Shown one piece after another: positions 53,399 to 64,000 of a stretch of 64,000 nucleotides of DNA (within the stretch, counting starts at the first letter, position 1; every line of letters begins with the position of its first letter). Source of the stretch: Protoeuglena noctilucae (taxonomy: Eukaryota). Location of the stretch: NCBI GenBank assembly GCA_958009085.1, contig OY253669.1:558001-622000 (forward strand), written 5' to 3'. The notes below the pieces were generated by a model. It did not search any database, was not told the origin of the DNA, and was given only the letters and a program-made list of their open reading frames with translations. A program made the position numbers and the translations under genes.

Positions 53399-53496
53399 GG
53401 GGGGTGTGCTGCAGGTGACTGGGTCCGCCCCGGTAGTTGAGAACCGCTGGCAGACGCGCGACCCCTTCAACGCGAGCCCGCACCATGCCGTAACAT

Positions 53497-55082
53497 TCAC
53501 GCGAGCGCCCTCAACAGATAGCTGACCAAGTCCCGCACCACGACCACGCTGAGGCTGTTCCCCAGGAGAGCGTACTGCTGCCACACCGTCACCTCCTGCG
53601 GACGGCGAACACAGCTCGATGCACGGCCAAGCACACTGCCATGCCTGCTGACGCTTGTTTGCGTACATGACACACCTCCGGGAACGAGAAGGACGGTGGG
53701 AAACCGTGGAGGTTGGCAATTTCCCGAGGGGAAAAGAAGCGCAGCTTCAGAGCGCTGAGCGTGTCCGGTGTGTGGTAGGGGATTTGTTGCGCGTCGCCCG
53801 CAGATGCAGGCCCCTCTCCGTTGGCCGCCCACGGAGGCGTTTGCCACGACCCGGGGATGCCCAGGGCCGAGAGCTGATCCTCGGCACCCGCACAGGTGGC
53901 CAGCAGAGAACCGGTCCCGCGAATGTACCGCCCGTAGCCTTTGGTGAAGCAGCAGCAACGACCTGCGCCTGCCGTGGTAATGTCCATGCTTCCGCGGAGC
54001 ATCCGCAGCGGCACTGCCAGCGAAGGGGGGTCCCCGGTCGCCGACGACGAATCGGGTCGACTGCCGTGGTCCTCGCACAAGTAGTCCGACAGGGGCCGTA
54101 CCGACATCGCCTGCAGTTCCGAGGACGGGGTGGCACTTGCGCTACCCTTTCACATACAGGGCCCGGTGCCACGAGCAGGACGCACCTCGCTGGAGCAAGG
54201 CTCGCAGCCGGCAGACTGGAGCAGCCGAGCAGGGGAGCAGGTGCAGGGCCTCCCCATCGACGTGGCGGGCTGTGGGAAGGGCTTCTTCGACGCAAGCAAA
54301 AAGTAACGGGGGCGGGAATATGGCACTCCATACTGCGAAAGTGAACGCACACCAGGGCTCGGCACCTCTCAGCGCACTCTCCATCCCCACACAAGGCGGC
54401 GCCCCCCACCTGTGTCGGCGTCAGCACGAAATCCTGGATGTGATACCCACAGGCTTGAAGAACTTCCTCCAGCAGAACGCTGCGAAACAGAAACCTCTCG
54501 CCCTTGCGTGGCACAATCAGGTCAGTGCCTCCTGTCCTTCAAACATATGCGCACAGTCTGCCTGAAGCATTTCCACGCGCCTTGTCTGCGAGGCCTCGAA
54601 CCCCACGACGTTCTCGAGCAGCAGACCTTGGGGCTGGAGGTTGGGCCGCATTTTCTGCAGCTCGTCCATGAGGGACAGGAAGCCCTCGGCCCTCGCGTCG
54701 CCCGACCCTTTCCTGGAGCCGAGGTCGGGGCCCATGGATGCCGCCCGTGCGCCGCAAAGCCGTGCTCGCTCTCTACGCCATGTCTGCGCCCAACCCATCC
54801 TCGCCTGTGGCCGTTCCGGCTGTAGGGCTGGCACGGGGGACTCATCAGCCATATCGTCGCCCCAAACTTCTCGAGGTCGTCGGCAGTGAGCGACTCGCAG
54901 CTTCTTTGACAAGGTCGGTCTCCAAAATTGTGCTCGTAGGTCGCGTTGGCGACCTCGTTTACGTCGAACGCCGCCACGGTCGATACACGCCCTTGCGCCA
55001 CACCCTCCGCGGCGCCCTCCAGCGCAAACCGCAGTCCCCCGATCCCACTGAAGAGCTCTAGCGCAACCACCGGAGTTGCCAT
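53497..55082 (-). CDS. DNMT2: tRNA (cytosine-38-C5) methyltransferase DNMT2/TRDMT1
   Basis: Motifs LELFSGIGG, SPPCQPY, LLENVVGF, PYSRPRYF, DNMT2-specific CFTKGY, LRFFSPREIANLHGFP and LLGNSLSV. ATG at 55082-55080. Confidence 0.95.
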
Positions 55083-55508
55083 CACTCACGCATGGGGTTC
55101 TCGTAGATGTTCCTCCGGAAAAAATCCCGCAAGTGCTTCTTCGCGAAATCGTAGTAGGCCTCCTCGATGAGCACGCGCACCTTGTCGTCCTCGCCCCAAT
55201 CCAGTTCCCCGAGCTTTCTGAGGCGCGACAGAGTGCAGCGTTTGGGCGCCATGAATCTCGTCCCACTCCAAGCGCGCAGCTCTCCCCTGCGCGCCTCCGC
55301 GCGCGATAGCCCTTCCCCCGCGTACCGGTGAAGAAACTTGCGTCCCTCCGTCTGCTGGTCGTCCAAATACTCCAGAAATGCCTTTGTCGCCTCGTCGCAC
55401 TCTGCGAGGACGCCGATGGGCGTGGTGGGCGCAGCCGCGCTCGGCACGGCTTCGCGTCGCGCTCACGGTCCTACCTAGCAAGACCAAGCGTGTTGTCCGC
55501 GTCGGCAT
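55082..55508 (-). CDS. TFB5: TFIIH subunit p8 (Tfb5/GTF2H5, REX1-S-like), 81 aa
   Basis: Three exons give MPTRTTRLVLLECDEATKAFLEYLDDQQTEGRKFLHRKL...LRDFFRRNIYENPMRE*, matching the Tfb5 pattern VLIECDPAMKQFLLYLD..GKKFI. Stop TGA at 55084-55082. Confidence 0.85.
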
Positions 55509-55928
55509 GACCGTGGGCTATCCGAAAACCGCTCAAAAGCTCTCTCCACGTTTGCGCTGCTCCTTGAAAGCTATCGCCCGCTTTGACGTCGATTACCGCG
55601 AGATGTGGCACACCAGAAGAGCGGCACGAAGAGTGTGTCACCATCGGGGGGCGCCGGGGAAGGGTGAAGGTCCTTTGCCATTGGTACTGGCACATGCTGA
55701 ACCGGGTCGCACCGCCAGTCAGTGCTGGTCCGACGGGGTCCTACGCATTCAACGAAGGGAAGTGGCTTGGACAGATCTCGTGCTGCATCGCGCCACCCAA
55801 ACCGGCTTTGGCTCGCATCTATGTCAGGGCGCAGACCGCGTCCCTGCGTGGCCCTGCGGTGATGATCACATGGCACCCATCCTCTACAGGATGTGGGAAG
55901 TCGTCCCGGCTTCGGAGGCAGACCGACG

Positions 55929-57748
55929 CTACCTCGTCCCCAGAGAGAAGCCTGCGATCCAATGGGCAGATGCTGGGCGCGAGTCGGTGCACGGGCTGCC
56001 CACGGCGCATGAACATCGCCAGAGGTTGCCAGCAGGGGCAAGTGCGCTCACCTTGCAGGCTCGGGTCGATCAACGACTGGCTCATGGATGACCGCCGGCG
56101 CTTGGATGCCAGAGCGGGCGGGGGGATGCCCATGCGGTCTCTGCGTGTCGCAGCCGATGGCGCCGGCTGTGCGGTACGACCCTGGCTGCGCCAGCACCAG
56201 GTCCGTGCGCATCCACAGCACTGCGCGCCCCGTTCGCCCAGCAACTTGCCTGATGGGCGTCGTGCGGTCGCTGAAGACAGGGCTGGCGAGCTCCGAGTGC
56301 CCCGAGTGCATCTCCGCCTTGGCTATCTGCACCGCTGACCAGGGACTGAGCTGGGACGTTCCGTTGCTGAAGTGCCTCGACTGCATGAGGGGCCCCGTCC
56401 GCGGTGCACTCTGGTGCAGGACCTGGGGTCAAGCGGAGGACGGCCATGTCACAGGGGACAGCTGCTCCAGAGTCTATCGCTATCGAGCCTATCGCTCACC
56501 AGCTGGTGCCCACCCGGCACCGACGCGTTGCCAGCCCCGGGGCCCCTCGAGCTCCCCCCCATGAGCTGCTGGTTCAACTGGGAGATCTGCGTCCTGCGCA
56601 CAGCACGCGATGACGTGTTCAGCTTGTTGCTGGCGCGGCCGCAGTCTCGCCTGGAGCCACCGCGCACTCGGCGCATAAGTCGTCACACCTGAGCTGCTGG
56701 TTCTCCTGCCGCAGACTCCTGACTTCCCTGTGGGGCAGAGCCAGCGCCACGCTGTCGTGCATGTCTCCAGACGCGAGGCATAGCTGCACTCGACCAACCC
56801 CGGACCTCGCCACGACCTGCTGCTTACCCAGATCGGTGCGAGTACTGCACGGCCATCTCCTGCTCTTTGCGCTCCTGCTGCACCATGGCCTCCTCCATCT
56901 CCGCCAGCTTGCGCTTGTAGCGGTGGTTCTCCTCGTTCAGCTTGCGCAGCTTGTCCTTCGCCTCGGTGAACACGCTCTGGAGCTTCTGCTTGATCTTCTC
57001 CTCCCTCTGCGACCAAAAGCCACAGAAGCCACCACCCTTCCCACTGGCAGCTGCGCAACAGGGCACCTCACCCGTCCGTGCCACGGCTGCACGTCACGCT
57101 GCCAAGCAGGTCGGTCGCACCTTGAGACTGACGAGCTCCTGCTGCGAGTCGTAGAAGTCGATTGCGGCCAGGGCGCAGTTCAGGATGGTCTCGGGGACCT
57201 GCACTGGCCCAGACGCGGGCAGATATATCCATGGCTGGGCCAGCAAGACGAGTGAAGACTGCGCTCAGGTCACGAGCGTCTCACCTGGCCGAAGAGGCAC
57301 GACTGGAGGTTCTCAGAAGGCTGCTGAAGGACATGCACCAGGCGCACATTGGACTTCGTCAGGGGCTGCTCGCAGACAGGGCACGCCGGCGAGTCCTCGA
57401 ACGTTTTCTCCGCGCAGGGGACGCCTGCAAGCGCCGTTAAGAGCGTTGTGGGGCGATGAGCCCACCAGGTGCTGCTACCCGCACGCTCAGCCCCTAGCGC
57501 GCCCTCTTGAGCCCCGCATCTCACAGAGCAGGTGCCCGCAGCTCGTAGCGATTGTCTTGGTCCCCTCGGAGAAGGCCGTCCAGCATTTATTGCACTGCGA
57601 TGGCTAGGATTTGCTGCGGTCAACCGCTGAAGACCAGTGCTGGGGCTGGCGGGCCCAGCCGTGCCAACGCCCGCGAGATCCGGTCTGACGTCGCAGCTCC
57701 GCAAACAGACACACGCGGGTTACACGGCGCACCCGCGCGCACCTTCAT
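55929..57748 (-). CDS. HEI10: Meiotic crossover RING E3 ligase HEI10/CCNB1IP1
   Basis: MK|CNKCWTAF..IATSCGHLLC|..CPVCEQPLTKS..PETILNCALAAIDFYDSQQEL followed by a coiled coil. The 3' exons are approximate. Confidence 0.85.
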
Positions 57749-57999
57749 CGAGCGCCATTATTTGCGCATGCCAGGAATGCTGCTTTTGACGATGGCAGGC
57801 GGCCGACAGTCCCTTTGCAAGAGGCCTAGTGTACACGGACAACTCTCTGCAGGTTGTGGGCTACCCGCTGATGGCTGCGCGCACGGCGCAGGCGAGCTGA
57901 TCGGGTCATGCCAGTGGGTGCGTTGCGGTGCTCGTGCGCTTTGCGGGTGCGACAGGAGGCGTGGCAGACACCGCGGACGCATTCACAGGGGTAAGCGAG

Positions 58000-60711
58000 A
58001 TGTCCAGCCTGGCGTCGGTCTCGTTGGCCGTCGCGGCCCCCGCGTGGGCCGGCCGCAGGCCTGCTGCGTCGGTGGGAGCGCCCCGCTCGCAGGCCGTGGC
58101 CTCCCTGCTTTTGCATTCCCATTTGGACGTGTATGGCCTTCACCGCACGCCTCGGGCCGCGGTTGTCGCGTCGGCACAGGCAACGAAGGGTGAGCCGCCG
58201 GCTGGCGACGGGCTCCCTGGCAATGTCCGCGGAATCGGGCCACATCACGGTCATTTATAAAGTATGACGTCAGCTGGCGCAATCACATGTGAAGCATGCG
58301 GTGCTCGGGGTGCGAGGTGTGAGCTTTCCATGCTTCATCCGCTGCACGGGGGCCCTCCGGCGTGACGGTGCGACGACACGACTAACTGCAGCATTCACAA
58401 TGAGCGTGTAAAGATGTACAGTCTGTGTTTGGCAATTTCTGGGGCCGTCTCTCCGCGGCCCGTCCCTTGCGGGCACTCACGGACGCCTTTGGTGCCGTCC
58501 CGATTGCAGAGAAGGTGGACAAGCTTGTCGTCCAGCCAATTCAGAAGATCGAGGGGCACGTGAAGCTCCCGGGTTCCAAGTCCCTGTCGAATCGGTGCGT
58601 GGGCCGCCTTCCCTCGCCCCAGCTGCCGCAGCAGGAGCTTGTGCGCGCCGCGCATCACCGGGCTCTTACTGCGTCGTCGCCCTCAGCATCCTTCTTCTCG
58701 CTGCGCTGGCGGAGGGCACGACGACCGTGGAGAACCTGTTGGACTCCGACGACATCAGGTGACCAAGGGGAGGGCCACAGCCTGCACCAGCCTGGCTCTG
58801 TCAACCTGCTCCGACGCTGGCCAAGGGCGATATCCTGGGAGCCTGCTGCCGATGGAGAGCCTATGAAGCCTTCTGTTGCAGGTACATGGTGGGCGCCTTG
58901 AAGGACCTGGGGGTCGCAGTGGAGGAGGACTGGGCCAACAGCCGCATGGTCGTGCACGGTTGCGGGGGCACGTTCCCAGCCAAGGCGAGGCCTGCAGCTG
59001 ATGCGTAAGATGTGCTGACCAGCGCGCAGTTCCGTAGCCAAGCGTCCGCGCCGTGGCCTGGGATTTAGAACGACCCTTCCCCTCGGCGAGCCACAGGGTG
59101 CGGAGCTCTTCCTGGGGAATGCAGGCACTGCCATGCGGCCCCTCTGCGCGGCGGTGGCCGCGGCCGGAGAGGGCGTCTTCGTGCTGGACGGCGTGCAGCG
59201 CATGCGGGAGCGTCCCATCCAGGACCTGGTGGACGGCCTGGTGCAGCTGGGGGTCGAGGCGGAGTGCACGATGGGCACGGGATGCCCGCCCGTCCGCGTG
59301 GCGGCGCGGGGCCTGCCCACGGGGCGGGTGCAGCTGAAGGGTTCGGTGTCCTCGCAGTACTTGACGGGTGAGGGGCATGCCTAAGTTTTGTGGAGTCACT
59401 GGCATCGGCGAAGATGATGCACAAGCGTTGTCCCTTCTCTCGCAGCGCTGCTGATGGCGGCGCCGCTCTCCAAGGGCGACGAGGGCATCGAGATCGTCAT
59501 CACCGGTGAGCCATGCTGTTGGCCCCGCCGTGTGCCGGGAGCGGAGCAGACGTGCTGGCTGGCGCTCGGGATTCCAGCGGCTCGGTCCCTCCCGCCCACA
59601 GACGAACTTGTTTCCCAGCCGTACGTGGACATGACGATAAAGCTCATGGAGCGCTTTGGGTGAGGAAGGATGGGTGTGGATGTGAACGGCCAATTGCAAC
59701 CACGATGCGCGGGCCCCCGAACGACAGTCTTTCCCCGGTCCGCGCCTCAGGGTGAAAGTGGAACGCCTTGACGGCTTGCAGCACCTTCGCGTGCCCGGCA
59801 ACCAACGCTACGTGAGCCCCGGCACTGCGTACGTGGAGGGCGACGCCTCCAGGCAAGGCGCTGTCCTAGCTTGCGCGCCTGTGCGTCTGCTCAGCCCCCA
59901 TCCGCCGCGTCCATAATCCGCCGCGAGTCGCTCGCAGCGCTTCTTACTTCCTGGCCGGGGCGACCATCACGGGCGGCACGGTCACGGTCGAGGGCTGCGG
60001 CTCCGACTCGCTCCAGGGCGACGTCCGCTTCGCCGAGGTCATGGGTCTCATGGGGGCGCGGGTGGAGTGGCAGCCGTACGCCATCACCATCACGGGGCCC
60101 TCCGCGTTTGGGGAGAAGCTCAAGGCCGTGGACCACAACTGCAACGACATCCCAGACGCAGCAATGACCCTCGCAGTCGCGGCGCTCTTCGCGGAGGGCG
60201 TCACGACAATCCGGGACGTGTACAACTGGCGCGTCAAGGAGACGGAGGTGAGGGCCAGGGACGGACGACGCGTCGCGCGCCGTGGCTCTGTTCAAGAGAG
60301 GGTGCAACTACTGCTTCCCCCACGCGCCACTTGTTTACAGCGCATGAAGGCCATTGTGAACGAGCTGACGCGCCTGGGGATCAAGGTCACGGAGGGCCAC
60401 GACTTCTGTGTGGTCGAGGGCGCGGGAGGGAAGATCAAGGCCGGTGTCGAGGCGAGGGGATGCCGCGAGTCGCTAATGTCGGGGCAGCCACAGTGCTCTA
60501 CGAACCCTCTTTCTTCGAGGTTTCCGGCAAGACACAAAGGCAGCTGCCCCTGCCTCTTGCGCAGATCGAGACCTATGACGACCACCGCATGGCCATGGCG
60601 TTCGCGCTGGCGGCGTGCTCGGGGACTGCGGTCACCATCCTGGACCCGGGCTGCACCCGCAAGACCTTCCCGACGTACTGGGACGTGCTCCAGTCCGTCG
60701 CCAAGCACTGA
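58000..60711 (+). CDS. EPSPS: Plastid-targeted class I EPSP synthase
   Basis: [77 protein letters not shown]. Ten introns. Confidence 0.97.
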
Positions 60712-60756
60712 CGCGTGTCGGATGACTGTCGGAATATGCGTTGAATCCAGTGGTTC

Positions 60757-61538
60757 TCAGCCCCCACCCGCCTCACTCCCTCGAGCGAGAATCCACTCCC
60801 ACACTGCCGGATCGACTGGCGTGACGGACTGCCGCGGGCGCCGTATCTGCGGGCACCGGCAGGCAGGGGCCTCGACGGCCGCGTGGCCAGGGGCGGTCGC
60901 GCGAGCTGCAGCAGATTCTCGCCAGAAAGAAGTCACGGAGCTGCGGGGGCGCGTCCTCTTGGCTGGCGGCCTGCTTGATGTCCTGAAGCGTCACCGGCCG
61001 CGGGAGTCGTCGCACAAACGTGACATCCACCGCGACCCATCTTGGCTTCTCGCGCGTGGACTTGGGGTCAAAGTACTTGTGACCTTCTTCGAACTGGGTG
61101 GGATCGGGGTACGCCTCGCGGGCTACCGTGCAGACGCCCACAACGGCCGGCACCTTGCAGCTGCTGCGCGCGAGGAGAGAACCGGGCTGCACGTGGATGC
61201 CGCACAGCCGCCTCGGCGCCTCCATGCGATGCACGTGAGGAACGCGCACGACACCTGTGGTAGAACAGCGCGTGGTCGCCAATGCGCATAGCCTTCAGGA
61301 CGTTTTTTGCCACGTGATTGCGCACCCCTTCCCACACGCCGCCCCCCTCGCCCCGCTCGAGGTCTTCTATGCTGTACTCGTCTGGCTCGCTCTGCGGGCA
61401 TCGTCTGAAAAGCCTCAGAGATCGCTCCCACGTATGAAAACCCATCGGGTCTGCACTCGCCTTGAGCAGGAACAGCGATGCTCTGTCATCAACGCTCCCC
61501 ACGCTCTGCGGCGCCTCGCGTTTCCGCTTGATGCCCAT
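60757..61538 (-). CDS. EVE-domain protein (THYN1-like)
   Basis: [68 protein letters not shown]. Confidence 0.92.
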
Positions 61539-61896
61539 GACACTGCGAGTGCGTGCTAGCACTGCTACGCTCGATGACAAGCGGGAAGCCCGCAACGCTT
61601 GGACACCGGGCGAAATGGGCGCTCTGGATGTGCAGGGCCGGAAGCGGCCAGGGGACGCGGCTCGGTAATCGAGCTACTCACATTCCGAACCATGTGTCTC
61701 GCTTCAAAGGCCACTCAGCGCCAAAAATCTGGCTGCCATGACACGTGCCAGCAAACGCAAGGGACAGGAGGCGTCGCCGGAGGTCGTACCGCGTGAAATC
61801 GCAGCGCCTCGGGTACTACGAATACAGAGTCACGCCGCGGGCAGTGCAGCGCAGGATCGAGGATCGAGGGCAGCCGGGGTGGGGCACTTGCACAGG

Positions 61897-64000
61897 TCAC
61901 GCCACCGCGCCGTTGTTCAGCGGCCTGCGGAGGATAGAGGTCTTGGCCCCAAACATGCGTGGCATCGTGTCGTGTCGGTCGCAAAGCGACGCGGGCGTCC
62001 CAGGCCCGGCCTCTGGGTTCCGCGGCATACTCGTCCGGGCCATGGAGAACCGCCCGGCTGCGAGCTCCTCGCTGTCCGGCTCCGGCCCCGTCCACGGCGC
62101 GGCCTCTGCGGTGGAAGGCGAGCCACGAATGAGCCCCTCTTGCGTCGATCCTCCGTTGGCTGGGATGGAGGCGACCGTGCGTGGGCGCACCTTCCAGCGG
62201 CTTGTTGTTCCTCATGTCCACGGTGGGGTTCATGCTAGCCATGAAGCCACGCATGGCCATGCCGACCGTGCGGAGGAGCCGCCACCGCCTCTTGGCCTCG
62301 GCGCGCCTGTCCAGGGACGTGCCGCGCGACAGGCGGCTGAAATCCATCTCCGTCGCAACGGACTGGGCCCCGGGGCCCGCGGACCCCGACGGCGCCACCT
62401 GCCCCTTCCTGCTAGCCTGTCGGCCGCTCCCGGATCGGAACGGCGCCTCCTCGTGGCTCCCCCGTGTTGCCAGGGACAGCGTGTTGCTGGGAGCATCGCG
62501 CAAGACCATGCTCGACGGCCGCTTGGGCACCTCCGACTCCGCGGCCACCGGGACCGTGGCACGGGCCTTCCCGTCCAAGCTGGCGCCGCTGACCCTCCCG
62601 TTGCCATTCCCACTCATCCGCTCGGGCGTCCCCGGGGTGATGTTCCTGCGTGTTTCAAGGGAAGGGGGGGAGGGGTAGTGCGAGGGGAAGGGGAGAGGTA
62701 GTCATGGTGCTCGTTCTCTGTCGCAAGCCGCTCCAAAGATGGGGGCCCGGCTAGCGTTGGTTGCTCACCGGCCCCATGCATCCCCTCGTGGAGCTTGCTT
62801 CGCCGGATTGCCGGGGACGGCGCTGGCGAAGGCAAGCATCTCGATCGCGTTCACAGCATCTGTGTTGAGGGTGCTGTTGGCCGTGTCGTGGCGCGACGGG
62901 TGCCCATGGCTGCCTTGGGGCGCCTCGGCACCGGGGACGGCCGGCGCCATTGCAGGCGCGCGTCGCCACTGCGTGGAGGAGAACGGACAGAGTCTGTGTC
63001 CGGGGTAAGGGGCTGGCGGGCACAGCGCAGCGGAAGATGGCACCAAATCCTTCCACCGAGGGCACGCATGTGCACTGCAATCGCTCGCATTCGTGCGGCG
63101 ACGCACGTGCGTCAACGGCGTGGGCCAAAGAGGCAACGCTAGCATCGGCGAGCCAAACGGAGCCTCGTCCCGGGGGGAAGAAGGCAGTCAATGTGCGTAG
63201 ATACGTGCATCCCCCTGGAGGACAACGCGGCCCCATGGCGTCGGCCACCCCACGCGCCGGAGACACGTGGGAACATGCTAGGCAGGACGGACATCGGGGC
63301 CCGCCAAAGCACGCGCGTTTGGGTTGGGCCACCCGAGGAAAGGGCAAGCGATCGCGGGCGGCCACTCCAAGCTATCAAATGGGCTTCGTTATGCAAGTCA
63401 CGTACCTGTGCTGGTGCGGATAGCCCGGCGCAGAAGCTGACTTCGCTTAGGGTCGCGGAACAAGTCGAGAAAGCACCGTGACGTCTACGCTGGCAATGCA
63501 CGCCAGGTTCATGGAGCTCTAGAAGCCGTGCACGGGCAATGACGGAGCGGTCCAGGACGTTCCACCTGACGTTCCACCGCCTGTCGCTGCAGCACAAGCT
63601 GCCCCTCAGGAGCTCGTGGACTGTTGGCTGTGATTCAACCCCCGTCAGGAGCCGGCTCGCATCACAACGCCACCTGATATGCGTTTGGGTGCTTTCCACC
63701 GACAGCGCTTCAGGAACCTGTCATCCGCACTTCATCAGTGTCGATGCCACCTTGTCTGTGAGGTCCTTCAGCGCCACTGCCTGGGGACTGCCGGCGGGAG
63801 GTCGCCCCTTGCCCTTGGCCATCGCCGCCAGGGCTCCTTTGGCCTTGGCCAGCATGTCCGAAACTGCGAAGGCGACTCAACAGTACGCAGGGCGTCACAC
63901 AATGTCTGGCTCCAGTGGCCCCACGAGCAAAGGCCGCCCGCAGAGGGCCTCACCCGACACCCCGCCCTTGTCCTTGAGGGCGCACATCTTCTTGAGGGGC
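61897..64000 (-). CDS. 3' part of a hypothetical protein (5' end beyond window)
   Basis: Ser-rich exons with an AKRRWRLLRTVGMAMRGF helix and GT-AG boundaries; probable last exon ends NNGAVA*. No family recognised. Confidence 0.4.

Noticed and set aside
55086..55130. T-run in TFB5 as a -1 frameshift site producing a TFB5-DNMT2 fusion
   Set aside because: The -1 frame hits TGA at 55088-55086 before the DNMT2 start.
55583..56692. Plus-strand Cys-rich ORFs with CxxC pairs suggesting a zinc-finger gene
   Set aside because: Most of this region is explained by phase-compatible minus-strand 3' exons of HEI10.
59100..59145. Glyphosate-resistance substitutions in EPSPS
   Set aside because: [10 protein letters not shown] is the wild-type class I sequence.
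53497..61538. Cytosine methyltransferase plus EVE domain as a prokaryote-like restriction-modification system
   Set aside because: The methyltransferase has the DNMT2 CFTxxY signature, both genes are intron-rich eukaryotic housekeeping types, and unrelated genes separate them.

Overview
This is GC-rich eukaryotic nuclear DNA from a flagellated green alga. That assignment is inferred from plastid-type EPSPS, TLP18.3/Psb32 and DUF179 genes, plus the centriolar/ciliary genes CEP57 and EVG1. The genome is very compact: about 33 protein-coding genes in 64 kb, interrupted by short (mostly 70-130 nt) spliceosomal introns. Most long ORFs in the supplied track are antisense or off-frame artefacts, so the gene models were spliced by hand and their ends are approximate. 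Recognisable genes: TBCD, DTWD1, EVG1/UPF0193, 5-formyl-THF cyclo-ligase, DUF179, a RING ligase, CEP57, a TMEM14-like protein, RUS1 family, a cytochrome P450, NDUFB10, TVP38/DedA, sulfiredoxin, an EF-hand protein, CDC27/APC3, a GATA-like+PHD protein, ATG2, a degenerate DnaQ-type exonuclease, TLP18.3, DNMT2, TFB5, HEI10, EPSPS and an EVE-domain protein. Three things stand out. (1) TFB5 and DNMT2 are joined by a TGATG stop-start overlap, a probable bicistronic nuclear unit. (2) GC-AG introns are unusually frequent (about 20 candidates). (3) Convergent genes have very tight or overlapping 3' ends. No rRNA, tRNA, CRISPR array or transposon could be supported.
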